This document shows positions 48,219 through 64,000 of a stretch of DNA of 64,000 nucleotides, piece after piece; position 1 is the first letter of the stretch; each line of letters starts with the position of its first letter. The DNA comes from Eledone cirrhosa. Lineage: Eukaryota. The stretch is taken from assembly GCA_964016885.1 (NCBI GenBank), contig OZ024749.1:5332001-5396000 (forward strand). The letters run 5' to 3'. The notes under the pieces are model-generated. The model saw only the letters and a program-made list of their open reading frames with translations. It was not told the origin of the DNA and ran no database searches. A program made the position numbers and the translations under genes.

Positions 48219-48901
48219 TTACTCTTTTACTCTTTTACCTGTTTCAGCCATCCGGCTGAGGCCATGCTGGGGCACCGCCCTTGTTGCTACACATTTTATC
48301 TCCAGCCTGTATAGGTTGGCCACTGGTGTAGGAGGGAGTTTGTTGCTGCAGCCCTTAGGTTTCCCTCGTGTCTTGCTGTGGGCTCATCCGGATCCTGGAT
48401 AACAAGGTGTCGAGATCTTTCTTAAAGACATCCACCTCCACGTCGTGCAAGTCTCTCAGATGCCTCGGCATCCTGTTGAAGAGTTGAGAGCCCTTGAATC
48501 CCAGGCTATTGCAATACCTGCTCCTTATTCTAGATGTGGAAGACGGGACCTTTGGCACCACACAGTGACGTCCTGTTCGACGGTTGGTCCAGCTCCCAAT
48601 GCCAAAGTTTGGTGCTAGTCCCTCCAGGATTTTCCACATGTAGATCACTGCGTATCTCTCCCGTCTTCGCTCCAAGGAGTAGAGGTTCAGTTCCTTTAGC
48701 CTCCCCCAGTAGCTTGTCTCCCTCATCTTGGCAATCCTCTTGATGTAGCTTCGCTGGATTGCCTCAAGCTCCGTGGTTAGTTTGACACTATGAGGTGACC
48801 ACAGCTGGGAGCAGTAGTCCAGGCGGCTTAGGACAAAAGTCCTCCACAGTGTCAACATGGTGTCTCGATCTCTTGTAAGGAAAGTCCTCAAAATCCAGCC
48901 A
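48219..48901 (-). mobile_element. CR1/L2-type LINE ORF2 C-terminal fragment with 3' tail
   Basis: RTF..RD..TMLTLWRTFVLSRLDYCSQLWSP...ELEAIQR...SYWGRLKELNLYSLERRRER...FKKDLD; tail gcggtgccccagcatggcc...(aaaagagt)n. Confidence 0.9.
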
Positions 48902-48986
48902 TGCGAATCGTCTACATGTTGTCGCCACCTTCATGACGTGTGAAGAAAAAGATGCATCATCGCTCAAGAAAAAGATGCATCAGCGC

Positions 48987-51903
<2,917 letters not shown>

Positions 51904-51972
51904 AAAAGACGTAAAATAAGAAAATATTTTTTTAAAAAATTTTTAAAAAATTTTTTACTTACTTAAATTTTC

Positions 51973-52054
51973 ACTCCAACTAATTAGTTTCTGCAATGGG
52001 ATAAAGACAGTTACATAATCCAACTGTCGAGAATTCATTGCGTCATCAGGGAGT
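51973..52054 (-). ncRNA. Type I hammerhead ribozyme, family H
   Basis: Reverse complement of the 52961 motif. Confidence 0.85.
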
Positions 52055-52526
52055 CTATTCTCAGCTGAGCCTCCAGGCAATGCGCGGACACTGGCGGCTC
52101 ATATAAAAATAATAATTCGGTAGAAAGAACAGCTAGGCGAGGACTGGATTCTATGTACTGAAATTCTCACTGCTTCCAGTCAAATGGCCGATTCTAAAGA
52201 ATCAATCACGTGACATAGAGGCTAGTTAGAAGGAATGGGATGGTAAGATGACTGACGCCTACTAACACCCCAAAAAAAATTTTGAAGTGGTTTTGGCAGG
52301 TTTGCTCGACAAATCAGTGATTTGGAGATAAATATAGATAATTTAATATATCAACTAACATAGGCGCACAGATGTACGTCCATGCCAGCAAATACACAGG
52401 TTATGTCATAGTACCTAGGTGGTTCAATGCAGGAGGGTGCAGAACAATAATATAAAAGACGTAAAATAAGAAAATATTTTTTAAAAAAATTTTTAAAAAA
52501 TTTTTTACTTACTTACTTAAATTTTC

Positions 52527-52608
52527 ACTCCAACTAATTAGTTTCTGCAATGGGATAAAGACAGTTACATAATCCAACTGTCGAGAATTCATTGCGTCAT
52601 CAGGGAGT
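52527..52608 (-). ncRNA. Type I hammerhead ribozyme, family H
   Basis: Reverse complement of the 52961 motif, 554 bp from the previous copy. Confidence 0.85.
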
Positions 52609-52960
52609 CTATTCTCAGCTGAGCCTCCAGGCAATGCGCGGACACTGGTGGCTCATATAAAAATAATAATTCGGTAGAAAGAACAGCTAGGCGAGGACTG
52701 GATTCTATGTACTGAAATTCTCACTGCTTCCAGTCAAATGGCCGATTCTAAAGAATCAATCACGTGACATAGAGGCTAGTTAGAAGGAATGGGATGGTAA
52801 GATGACTGACGCCTACTAACACCCCAAAAAAAATTTTGAAGTGGTTTTGGCAGGTTTGCTCGACAAATCAGTGATTTGGAGATAAATATAGATAATTTAA
52901 TATATCAACTATATGAGCCGCCAGTGTCCGCGTATTGCCTGGAGGCTCAGCTGAGAATAG

Positions 52961-53042
52961 ACTCCCTGATGACGCAATGAATTCTCGACAGTTGGATTAT
53001 GTAACTGTCTTTATCCCATTGCAGAAACTAATTAGTTGGAGT
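52961..53042 (+). ncRNA. Type I hammerhead ribozyme, family H
   Basis: ACUCC CUGAUGA C GCAAUG..GACAGUU..AACUGUC..CAUUGC A GAAA CUAAUUAG UU GGAGU; palindrome ACUAAUUAGU, GUU site. Confidence 0.88.
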
Positions 53043-53276
53043 GAAAATTTAAGTAAGTAAGTAAAAAATTTTTTTAAAATTTTTTTAAAAAATATTTTCT
53101 TATTTTACGTCTTTTGTATTATTGTTCTGCACCCTCCTGCATTGAACCACCTAGGTACTATGACATAACCTGTGTATTTGCTGGCATGGACGTACATCTG
53201 TGCGCCTATGTTAGTTGATATATTAAATTATCTATATGTATACATATATATGTATATATATATATATGTATATATG

Positions 53277-53311
<35 letters not shown>

Positions 53312-53316
53312 ATATG

Positions 53317-53363
<47 letters not shown>

Positions 53364-53378
53364 GTATATATATATATG

Positions 53379-53411
<33 letters not shown>

Positions 53412-53435
53412 GTATACATATATATATATGTATAC

Positions 53436-53521
<86 letters not shown>

Positions 53522-53550
53522 GTATATATATATATGTATATATATATATG

Positions 53551-53623
<73 letters not shown>

Positions 53624-53624
53624 G

Positions 53625-53737
<113 letters not shown>

Positions 53738-53839
53738 GTATATATATATATGTATATATATATATGTATATATATATATGTATATATATATATGTATATA
53801 TATATATAAATATGTATATATATATATATGTATATATAT

Positions 53840-53914
<75 letters not shown>

Positions 53915-54040
53915 ATGTAGGATGTGAGTTTTATTGTAGTACAATAAAGCAATGCAGATATCGGATAAGAAGCACTCTACAGTTTGTAGGACTGGAGTAT
54001 GCATAATATAAGATCAAAAGATGGTTAAAGGAGTTCCATA

Positions 54041-54111
54041 TATTTTATTATGCGCATTTCAAAAACAAACATCATCATGCAATATTATTTGTGTTTTCAT
54101 CAGATAAAACA
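54041..54111 (-). ncRNA. Type I hammerhead ribozyme, family F
   Basis: Reverse-complement motif with intact core. Confidence 0.85.
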
Positions 54112-54240
54112 AGAGAACATGATATGAAGGCTAAAAAACACTCGTGGATAGTGCAGTTTTAAATCAACATATCAACATGATATGTTGATTTAAAACTGCA
54201 CTATCCACAAGTGTTTTTTAGCTTTCATATCATGTTCTCC

Positions 54241-54311
54241 TGTTTTATCTGATGAAAACACAAATAGTATTGCATGATGATGTTTGTTTTTGAAATGCGC
54301 ATAATAAAATA
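54241..54311 (+). ncRNA. Type I hammerhead ribozyme, family F
   Basis: UGUUUUAU CUGAUGA AAACACAAAUA...UGUUUGUUUUU GAAA UGCGCA UA AUAAAAUA. Confidence 0.87.
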
Positions 54312-54345
54312 TATGGAACTCCTTTAACCATCTTTTGATCTTATA

Positions 54346-54598
54346 TGCTCATCCACACATGTCTGTCTACTAACCTTGAAATTATAAAGACCAACCAGAT
54401 GTGAGAAAAACCACAGACCCTCCATCTCAACTCACCTTTTGAAAAGCAGAAGAACTGCGAAACCAAATAAATATATATATTTAAAAAAAAATAAGACTTC
54501 AGTTGCATTTTCGATTTCATCCCTTTTTCTTTATACTTCCACTCGTGTAGGACACCTCGGTTATTTTTCATTTTGTAAAAAAAACCTCACTTTCTAAT
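54346..54598 (+). mobile_element. Family I element; HHR cleavage site removed by a short deletion
   Basis: ccttttgaaaagcagaagaactgcgaaacc/aaataaa lacks ggtaaaggaacc; reverse complement of ~56222-56445. Confidence 0.85.
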
Positions 54599-54609
54599 AT
54601 ATATATATG

Positions 54610-54642
<33 letters not shown>

Positions 54643-54870
54643 GTGTGTATATATATATGTGTATATATGTATATATGTATATATACATATATATGTATAT
54701 ATGTATATATATATATGTATATATGTATATATATATGTATATATGTATATATACATATATATGTATATATGTATATATATATATATGTATATATGTATAT
54801 ATATATGTATATATGTATATATATATATATGTATATATGTATATATATATGTATATATATATATATGTAT

Positions 54871-55178
54871 GTAGGAGGTGAGTTTTATTGCATTACAATA
54901 AAGCAATGCAGATATCGGATAAGAAGCACTCTACAGTTTGTAGGACTGGAGTATACATAATATATAAGAACAAAAGATGGTTAAAAGAGTTCCATGTATT
55001 TTATTATGCGCATTTCAAAAAAATATATGTTGATTTAAAACTGCACTATCCACAAGTGTTTTTTAACCTTCATATCATGTCTTCCTATTTTATCATAAAT
55101 ATTATTGCATGATGATGTTTGTTTTTGAAATGCGCATAATAAAATACATGGAACTCCTTTAACCATCTTTTGTTGTTA
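54871..55178. mobile_element. Family F fold-back copy with the CUGAUGA core deleted
   Basis: Same layout as 50370-50690 but reads ctattttatc/ataaatattattgc. Confidence 0.85.
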
Positions 55179-55199
55179 TATATTATATATATGTATATA

Positions 55200-55263
<64 letters not shown>

Positions 55264-55275
55264 CATATATATATG

Positions 55276-55323
<48 letters not shown>

Positions 55324-55335
55324 CATATATATATG

Positions 55336-55429
<94 letters not shown>

Positions 55430-55435
55430 CATATA

Positions 55436-55553
<118 letters not shown>

Positions 55554-55592
55554 CATATATATATATATACATATATATATGTATATATATAC

Positions 55593-55629
<37 letters not shown>

Positions 55630-55699
55630 CATATATATATGTATATATATACATATATATATGTATATATATACATATATTTATTTATATATATATATG

Positions 55700-55731
<32 letters not shown>

Positions 55732-55761
55732 TGTATATATATGTACACATATATATATACG

Positions 55762-55810
<49 letters not shown>

Positions 55811-55862
55811 GTATATATATATACATACATATATATACATATATATATATATATATACATAC

Positions 55863-55893
<31 letters not shown>

Positions 55894-55914
55894 TACATAT
55901 ATATATACATACAC

Positions 55915-55983
<69 letters not shown>

Positions 55984-56039
55984 AATATATATATATATAT
56001 GTGTGTGAGAAAAACCAAAGACGTTTCATCTCATCTCTA

Positions 56040-56075
56040 CTTTTGAAAAGCAGAAGAACTGCGAAACCGGTAAAG
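56040..56075 (+). ncRNA. Minimal type I hammerhead ribozyme, family I, U3-A8 variant
   Basis: CUU UUGAAAA GCAG aagaa CUGC GAAA CCGG UA AAG. Confidence 0.75.
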
Positions 56076-56144
56076 GATCCGAATAAATATATATATTTTT
56101 TTTTAAATAAAACACCTGTTGCATTTTCAATTTCGTATATTTTT

Positions 56145-56214
<70 letters not shown>

Positions 56215-56359
56215 TTATATGTTAGAAAGTGAGGTTTCTTTTACAAAATGAAAAATAACCGAGGTGTCCTACACGAGTGGAAGTATAAAGAAAAAGAGAT
56301 GAAATCAAAAATGCAACCGAAGTCTTATTTTTTTTTTAAATATATATATTTATTTGGTT

Positions 56360-56397
56360 CCTTTACCGGTTTCGCAGTTCTTCTGCTTTTCAAAAGG
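56360..56397 (-). ncRNA. Minimal type I hammerhead ribozyme, family I, U3-A8 variant (38 nt)
   Basis: Minus strand: CCUU UUGAAAA GCAG aagaa CUGC GAAA CCGG UA AAGG; palindrome ACCGGU, GUA site. Confidence 0.82.
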
Positions 56398-56924
56398 TGA
56401 GTTGAGATGGAGGGTCTGTGGTTTTTCTCACATCTGGTTGGTCTCTGAATGTTACTTGTTTTATATGGAAAAAGTGGCTCGAAAGCCAGATATATTTATA
56501 TATATATATTTATATATATATATATTTATATATATAAATATATATTTATATTTATATATATATATGACGAAGGAGGTGTGGTAAGGAACCAGATGGACCA
56601 TAACGCACCAGAGTACTCAATACTTAGGGTAGTAGAGTGGTTAAAAGAAAAATGTTTGACCCCGGCTGTAGAGGTCAAGCCGTTTCGAGGGCTATTTATT
56701 TCAGGAAAAGCCGTCGAAACGGCTTGTGCTCTGCCGTCGGTGTCAAATATTTTCATATATATATATATATATGTATATATGTATATATATGTATATATAT
56801 ATATATATGTATATATATGTATATATATGTATATATATATATATGTATACGTATATATATATATGTATATATATATATGTATATATATATATATGTATAT
56901 ATATATGTATATATATATATATAT

Positions 56925-57116
56925 AGGAGTAAGTAAGACCCCGACGGCTGAGCTCAAGCCGTTTCGACGGCTAATTCTGAACAGAATTAGCCGTCGAAAG
57001 GGCTTGAGCTCAGCCGTCGGTGTCTTACTTACTTCTATTACCCACTCTATTACCCTAAGTATTGAGTACTTTGGTGCGTTATGGTCCACCTGGTTCCTTA
57101 CCACTTTTCCTTCGCT
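56925..57116. mobile_element. Family E fold-back centred in HHR stem II
   Basis: ...gacggctaattctg aa cagaattagccgtc gaaa...; arms are reverse complements. Confidence 0.88.
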
Positions 57117-57543
57117 ATATATATATATATATATATGTATGTATATATATATATATATATGTATGTAGGTATATGTATATATATGTATGTATATATATGT
57201 ATATGTATGTATATGTATATATATGTATATATATACGTATATATTTATGTATATATATGTATATGTATGTATATGTATGTATATACATGTATATATATGT
57301 ATATATATGTATATGTATATATATATATATGTATATATATGTATATATATGTATATATATATATATGTATATATATGTATAAATATGTATATATATATGT
57401 ATATGTATATATATGTATATATATATATATGTATATATATATGTATATGTATATATATATATGTATATATATGTATATATATATATGTATGTATATATAT
57501 ATATGTATATATATATGTATATATATATATATGTATATATATG

Positions 57544-57574
<31 letters not shown>

Positions 57575-57729
57575 GTATATATGTATATATATATATATGT
57601 ATATATGTATATATATGTATGTATATATATATATATATATGTTTATATGTATGTATATGTAATTATGTATATATATGTATATATATATATGTATATATAT
57701 ATGTATATATGTATATATATATATATGTA

Positions 57730-57853
<124 letters not shown>

Positions 57854-58077
57854 TAAATATATATGTATATATATGTCCATATATATATATATATAAATAT
57901 GGATATATCTGTACATATATATATATATAAATATGTATATATCTGTACTTATATATATATATATATGTATATATATGTATACATATATATATATGCATAT
58001 ATATGTATTTATATATATATATATATATATACATACATATGTATATATGTATATATATATATACATACATATATATA

Positions 58078-58685
58078 TGGTGGCTGCCAACTCGTTTTCG
58101 AGTACGGCCACTACTTTATATCCATGTAGGAGAACCCCCACCGATGTGCTGAACGAGTGTGGCTTTTTAGTACAGCCAGCGACTTGAAAACTCTGGTACA
58201 AACACTACACTTGTGACAATTATTGACACATAGTGCTGGGCCCATGGTACCATGTGAGGACAAGTGCAGAGAGATCTCCAGATATAAAGCAATGTCTGTG
58301 CCGTGAAGCTTTTATAGTGAGCAAAGGCACTGCACAAAGCCAGTCCCACTCTCCTAACCAAGATGATATTTACCAAAAAGAACAAGTCAACATCATTGGA
58401 TACCATCAGGGTTGCACGTGTTATATCAGAGTTTTCCTTCTCCTAGAATTCTGCCTTGACAAAGGCTAAGCGGTCATCTCTCCCGGTGATTTTGGATGGC
58501 CATTGACACTTAAGAGCTCCTTTGCCCTTTGACAGGTTTTGTTTTTAGTCCTGCAGGATGTCCAAAGTCACCCTCCTCACCAAGAAACCTTGGTGGGGTT
58601 GTCAGTTTAGTCGCCAACGACCCGACCATGAGACAGGTTGTACTGGGATACATGTTACCAGTAGCACCAACTGGTGACCTGACAT
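58078..58685 (-). mobile_element. Probable RTE-like LINE 5' region
   Basis: Homologous to 12696-12895; minus strand contains ctaggagaaggaaaactctga, a motif I recall from RTE 5' regions (not searched). Confidence 0.5.
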
Positions 58686-58721
58686 AAACATATATATATA
58701 TGTATATATATATAAAGAAAC

Positions 58722-58768
<47 letters not shown>

Positions 58769-58771
58769 TAC

Positions 58772-58886
<115 letters not shown>

Positions 58887-58913
58887 TATACGTATATATA
58901 TGTTTATATATAC

Positions 58914-58953
<40 letters not shown>

Positions 58954-58978
58954 GTATATATATATATGTATATATATA

Positions 58979-59028
<50 letters not shown>

Positions 59029-59163
59029 GTATATATATCTACATATATATATATATTTATATATATATGTATATATATATATATATATATATGTTCATAT
59101 ATATATATGTATATATATGTATATATGTATATATATATATATGTATATATATATGTTTATATA

Positions 59164-59229
<66 letters not shown>

Positions 59230-59276
59230 CATACATATATATATATATGTATATATATATATGTTTATATATGTAC

Positions 59277-59368
<92 letters not shown>

Positions 59369-59371
59369 TAC

Positions 59372-59447
<76 letters not shown>

Positions 59448-59616
59448 TTGCTGAAATCCTTTTGTAGAGTATTTTTCAGAATGTATTTGACTGCTATTTC
59501 TTGTAAATAAACATTCACTCATGTGCCTTTTCATAATTACACATGATGTCGAACTAGCCAGTTTTAGAATTCCCTTTTACGGATTATAATACTGTGAGAG
59601 CCCTGGTTTCTGTTGA

Positions 59617-59697
59617 GTTCTGCTGACGATTGAAATCCAACCGTGACCATCTCCACTGAAAGTTTTCATGAAATAGTCTTTTAAGACTATACAGAGC
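59617..59697 (+). ncRNA. Type I hammerhead ribozyme, family J (stable stem III)
   Basis: GUUCUG CUGACGA UUGAAA...UUUCAU GAAA UAGUCUU UU AAGACUA UA CAGAGC; 6-bp stem I, 7-8 bp stem III, AUA site. Confidence 0.85.
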
Positions 59698-60167
59698 ATT
59701 TGATGTTATTCCAAATTGAAGGATAAACGTTTTAAACTTTATTTTATCATGAGCTAAAGGTCTATTGATTTTTCCCTGGATTTCACTAAACTCTGTGGAT
59801 GAATTTATATCCTGATTCTCTTTTGAGATGAGTTTGAATTATTTTTCCTAAATCTTACGATAACAACTTTTCCCATCTTGACGTTATAGTCGCATATATG
59901 TTATAGAATACTATTAGCTTCTCGCTAAAGCAATCTCTATACCTCTCATTTATATATATATATATATATATGACGAAGGTGGTGTGGTGAGGAACCAGAT
60001 GGACCATAACGCACCAGAGTACTCAATACTTAGGTTAGTAGAGTGTGTAAAAGAAAAATGTTTCACCCCAGCTGCAGAGCTCAAGCCGTTTCGAGGGCTA
60101 TTTAATTCAGAAAAAGCCGTCGAAACGGCTTGAGCTCTGCCGTCGGGGTCAAACATTTTCAGATATA

Positions 60168-60208
<41 letters not shown>

Positions 60209-60774
60209 CTGTTTTGAAACGGTGAGCAGGTTGAAATTAAAAAATAGAATAGCTTTCACCGTATGTTAGTCTGAAACGGATCGAGCTCTGCCGTCGGGGC
60301 TCAACATTTTCCTACTATCCTAAGTATTGAGTACTCTGGTGCGATGTGGTCCACCTCGTTCCTTACCACAACTCCTTCGTTATATATATATATATTATAT
60401 ATACACTGTACTCAGGAAATTTTCCTCAGAACATAACTACTTATCATTCGTGGAAACTACCGCATATTCGCGGAAGTGTAAAAATCTCCAGGGATTTCTT
60501 AATGGCTTTATACATTTTTATAACGCTAAATAATTAATAATTGTTTCTACTTTTGGCACATACCGTTCTTGCCGGCTATTACACACCACTTCGCATAAAA
60601 TACTCCTTCTGTTTACGTTACACTGTAACGTCTATAGAATTTTTGATGGGCCACGTCCATTATTAACGGTTTTTCAATCTTCGCTGATGCTCTAGTAACG
60701 TAAATGCTGCGAATAAATGAGGTCAACTGTATGCATATATAAATATTCAAATATATACAAATATACAAATATAT

Positions 60775-60833
<59 letters not shown>

Positions 60834-60976
60834 TACAAATATATATATATATATATACACACATGTATATATATAAATATACAAATATATATATATAGAT
60901 ATATATATAATACAAATATATATATATATATACAAATATATATATATATATTTTTTTATATATATATTCATATATG

Positions 60977-61235
<259 letters not shown>

Positions 61236-61282
61236 AACTTTTTTTGTTTAATATAAGGAATTGTTTATTCATTATTTGTTTA

Positions 61283-61327
<45 letters not shown>

Positions 61328-61377
61328 TCAAATATATATATCGATAGATACATATATCTATATATATAAATATACAA

Positions 61378-61428
<51 letters not shown>

Positions 61429-61444
61429 AATATATATATGTACA

Positions 61445-61495
<51 letters not shown>

Positions 61496-61496
61496 G

Positions 61497-61529
<33 letters not shown>

Positions 61530-61565
61530 GTATATGTATATATATATATATGTATATGTATATAT

Positions 61566-61599
<34 letters not shown>

Positions 61600-61602
61600 A
61601 CG

Positions 61603-61635
<33 letters not shown>

Positions 61636-61649
61636 GTATATGTATATAT

Positions 61650-61699
<50 letters not shown>

Positions 61700-61712
61700 G
61701 TATATGTATATG

Positions 61713-61747
<35 letters not shown>

Positions 61748-61794
61748 GTATATGTATATATACATATATATATATATGTATATATACATGTATG

Positions 61795-61827
<33 letters not shown>

Positions 61828-61868
61828 GTATGTATATGTATATATACATGTATATATACATATATATG

Positions 61869-61899
<31 letters not shown>

Positions 61900-62329
61900 A
61901 TGTATATATACATATATATATACATATATATGTATATATATATATATATATATGTATGTATATGTATATATATACATATATATATACGTATATATATGTA
62001 TATATATATATATATATGTATATATATGTATATGTATATATACATATATATATACATATATATATGTATATATATATATGTATATGTATATATATATATG
62101 TATATATATGTATATATATATATATAAATATATATACATATATATATATGTATATATATATATATGCATATATGTATATGTATATATACATATATATATA
62201 TATACATATATATGTATATAACATATGTATATATACATATATATATATACAGATATATGTACAGATATATGTATATATATATATATGTATATATATGTAT
62301 ATGTATATATACATATATATATATACAGA

Positions 62330-62375
<46 letters not shown>

Positions 62376-62465
62376 TATGTATATATACATATATATGTAC
62401 AGATATATGTATATATATATATATGTATATATATGTATATATTTATATATATATATATATACATA

Positions 62466-62498
<33 letters not shown>

Positions 62499-62550
62499 GT
62501 AAAATAAAGTTAAATAAATGTCAAATGATTAAAATTTAGCTTCGTTTATT

Positions 62551-62605
62551 ACTGGTATATATATTTCAGTGACAGCCATCTTTGGCTGTGACCTCTTCAG
62601 GCAGT
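62551..62605 (-). ncRNA. Type I hammerhead ribozyme, family K (first stem I pair mismatched)
   Basis: Minus strand: ACUGC CUGAAGA GGUCACAGCCA aaga UGGCUGUCACU GAAA UAUAUA UA CCAGU. Confidence 0.78.
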
Positions 62606-63051
62606 TTGAATTAGTATGGTATAGACAAGTACATATGTTATTTAGGTGTATGATATTGTCAATACTCTGATATGCCCAGTTCCTTGTTGGGTTGTTAATT
62701 CACTGGGGAACTGGAGTCATATGACTCCAGTTCCTCATTGAAATAACAACCCAACAGGGAACTGGGCATATCAGATGACTCCAGTTCCTCATTGAAATAA
62801 CAACCCAACAGGGAACTGGGCATAACAGATGACTCCAGTTCCTCATTGAAATAACAACCCAACAGGGAACTGGGCATATCAGATGACTCCAGGTCCTCAT
62901 TGAAATAACAACGCAACAGGGAACTGGGCATATCAGATGACTCCAGTTCCTCATTGAAATAACAACCCAACAGGGAACTGGGCATATCAGAGTATTGGCA
63001 ATATCATACACCTAAATAACATATGTACTTGTCTATACCATACTAATTCAA

Positions 63052-63106
63052 ACTGCCTGAAGAGGTCACAGCCAAAGATGGCTGTCACTGAAATATATAT
63101 AGCAGT
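63052..63106 (+). ncRNA. Type I hammerhead ribozyme, family K
   Basis: ACUGC CUGAAGA GGUCACAGCCA aaga UGGCUGUCACU GAAA UAUAUA UA GCAGU then AAUAAA; 5-bp stem I, 10 of 11 pairs in stem II, palindrome AUAUAUAU. Confidence 0.9.
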
Positions 63107-63260
63107 AATAAACGAAGCTAAATTTTAATCATTTGACTTTTATTTAACTTTATTTTACACTACTCCAGAGTAACCAAACCAACCTGCGCACTTCGTCGAG
63201 TGCTCCAGCCTGCATACCGAGGTGTTGGGATACAACCAACATAAACTCAAAATCTATATA

Positions 63261-63297
<37 letters not shown>

Positions 63298-63319
63298 ATA
63301 TATATGTATATGTATATAC

Positions 63320-63417
<98 letters not shown>

Positions 63418-63570
63418 ATATATAAATATATATGTATATGTATATATATATATGTATATATATATATGTATGTATATATATATATGTATATATATATATG
63501 TATATATGTATATATATGTATATGTATATACATATATATATATACATATATATGTATATATATATACATG

Positions 63571-63607
<37 letters not shown>

Positions 63608-63658
63608 GTATATATATGTATATATATATATGTATATATATATATATGTATATATATG

Positions 63659-63707
<49 letters not shown>

Positions 63708-63721
63708 GTATATGTATATAC

Positions 63722-63753
<32 letters not shown>

Positions 63754-63920
63754 GTATATGTATATACATATATATATATATGTATATATATATATACATA
63801 TATATGTATATATATATATATGTACATGTATATATATATATGTATGTATATATATATGTATATATATTTATGTATATATATATGTAGATATATATATGTA
63901 TATATATGTATATATATAGG

Positions 63921-63987
<67 letters not shown>

Positions 63988-64000
63988 GTATATAGGTATA

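Larger units (their letters stand above)
53917..54345. mobile_element. Family F fold-back element with two divergent HHRs
   Basis: Arms ~54007-54174 and 54178-54345 are reverse complements around a 3-bp spacer. Confidence 0.92.
62499..63258. mobile_element. Family K fold-back element with two divergent HHRs and central 5 x 54-bp tandem repeats
   Basis: 62499-62696 is the reverse complement of ~62961-63158; unit gatgactccagttcctcattgaaataacaacccaacagggaactgggcatatca spans 62721-62990. Confidence 0.93.

Overview
Gene-poor, very AT-rich eukaryotic window dominated by long (TA)n-derived microsatellites. It is probably an animal genome; the SINE and microsatellite landscape resembles Octopus, but that is an inference. 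Almost all ORFs in the track are I/Y/C/H artefacts of the microsatellites, and no host gene can be supported. The islands of complex sequence are mostly mobile DNA: tRNA-type SINEs, RTE and CR1/L2 LINE 3' ends, a Helitron-like element, a decayed L1/Tx1-like region and a Penelope-like (PLE) RT-tail/GIY-YIG remnant at 37.8-38.6 kb. The main hidden signal, found by manual folding, is 23 type I hammerhead ribozyme (HHR) motifs (stem I - CUGANGA - stem II - GAAA - palindromic stem III - UH - stem I) in about 11 short non-coding element families. These elements sit in or next to (TA)n tracts as partial tandem repeats (periods ~320, 486 and 554 bp) and as fold-back inverted repeats, the architecture of PLE pseudo-LTRs and non-LTR retrozymes. 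Several motifs have unusual cores: a U3-A8 swap, U.U, C.A or C.U at 10.1-11.1, or a very long branched stem II. Catalytic activity is untested.
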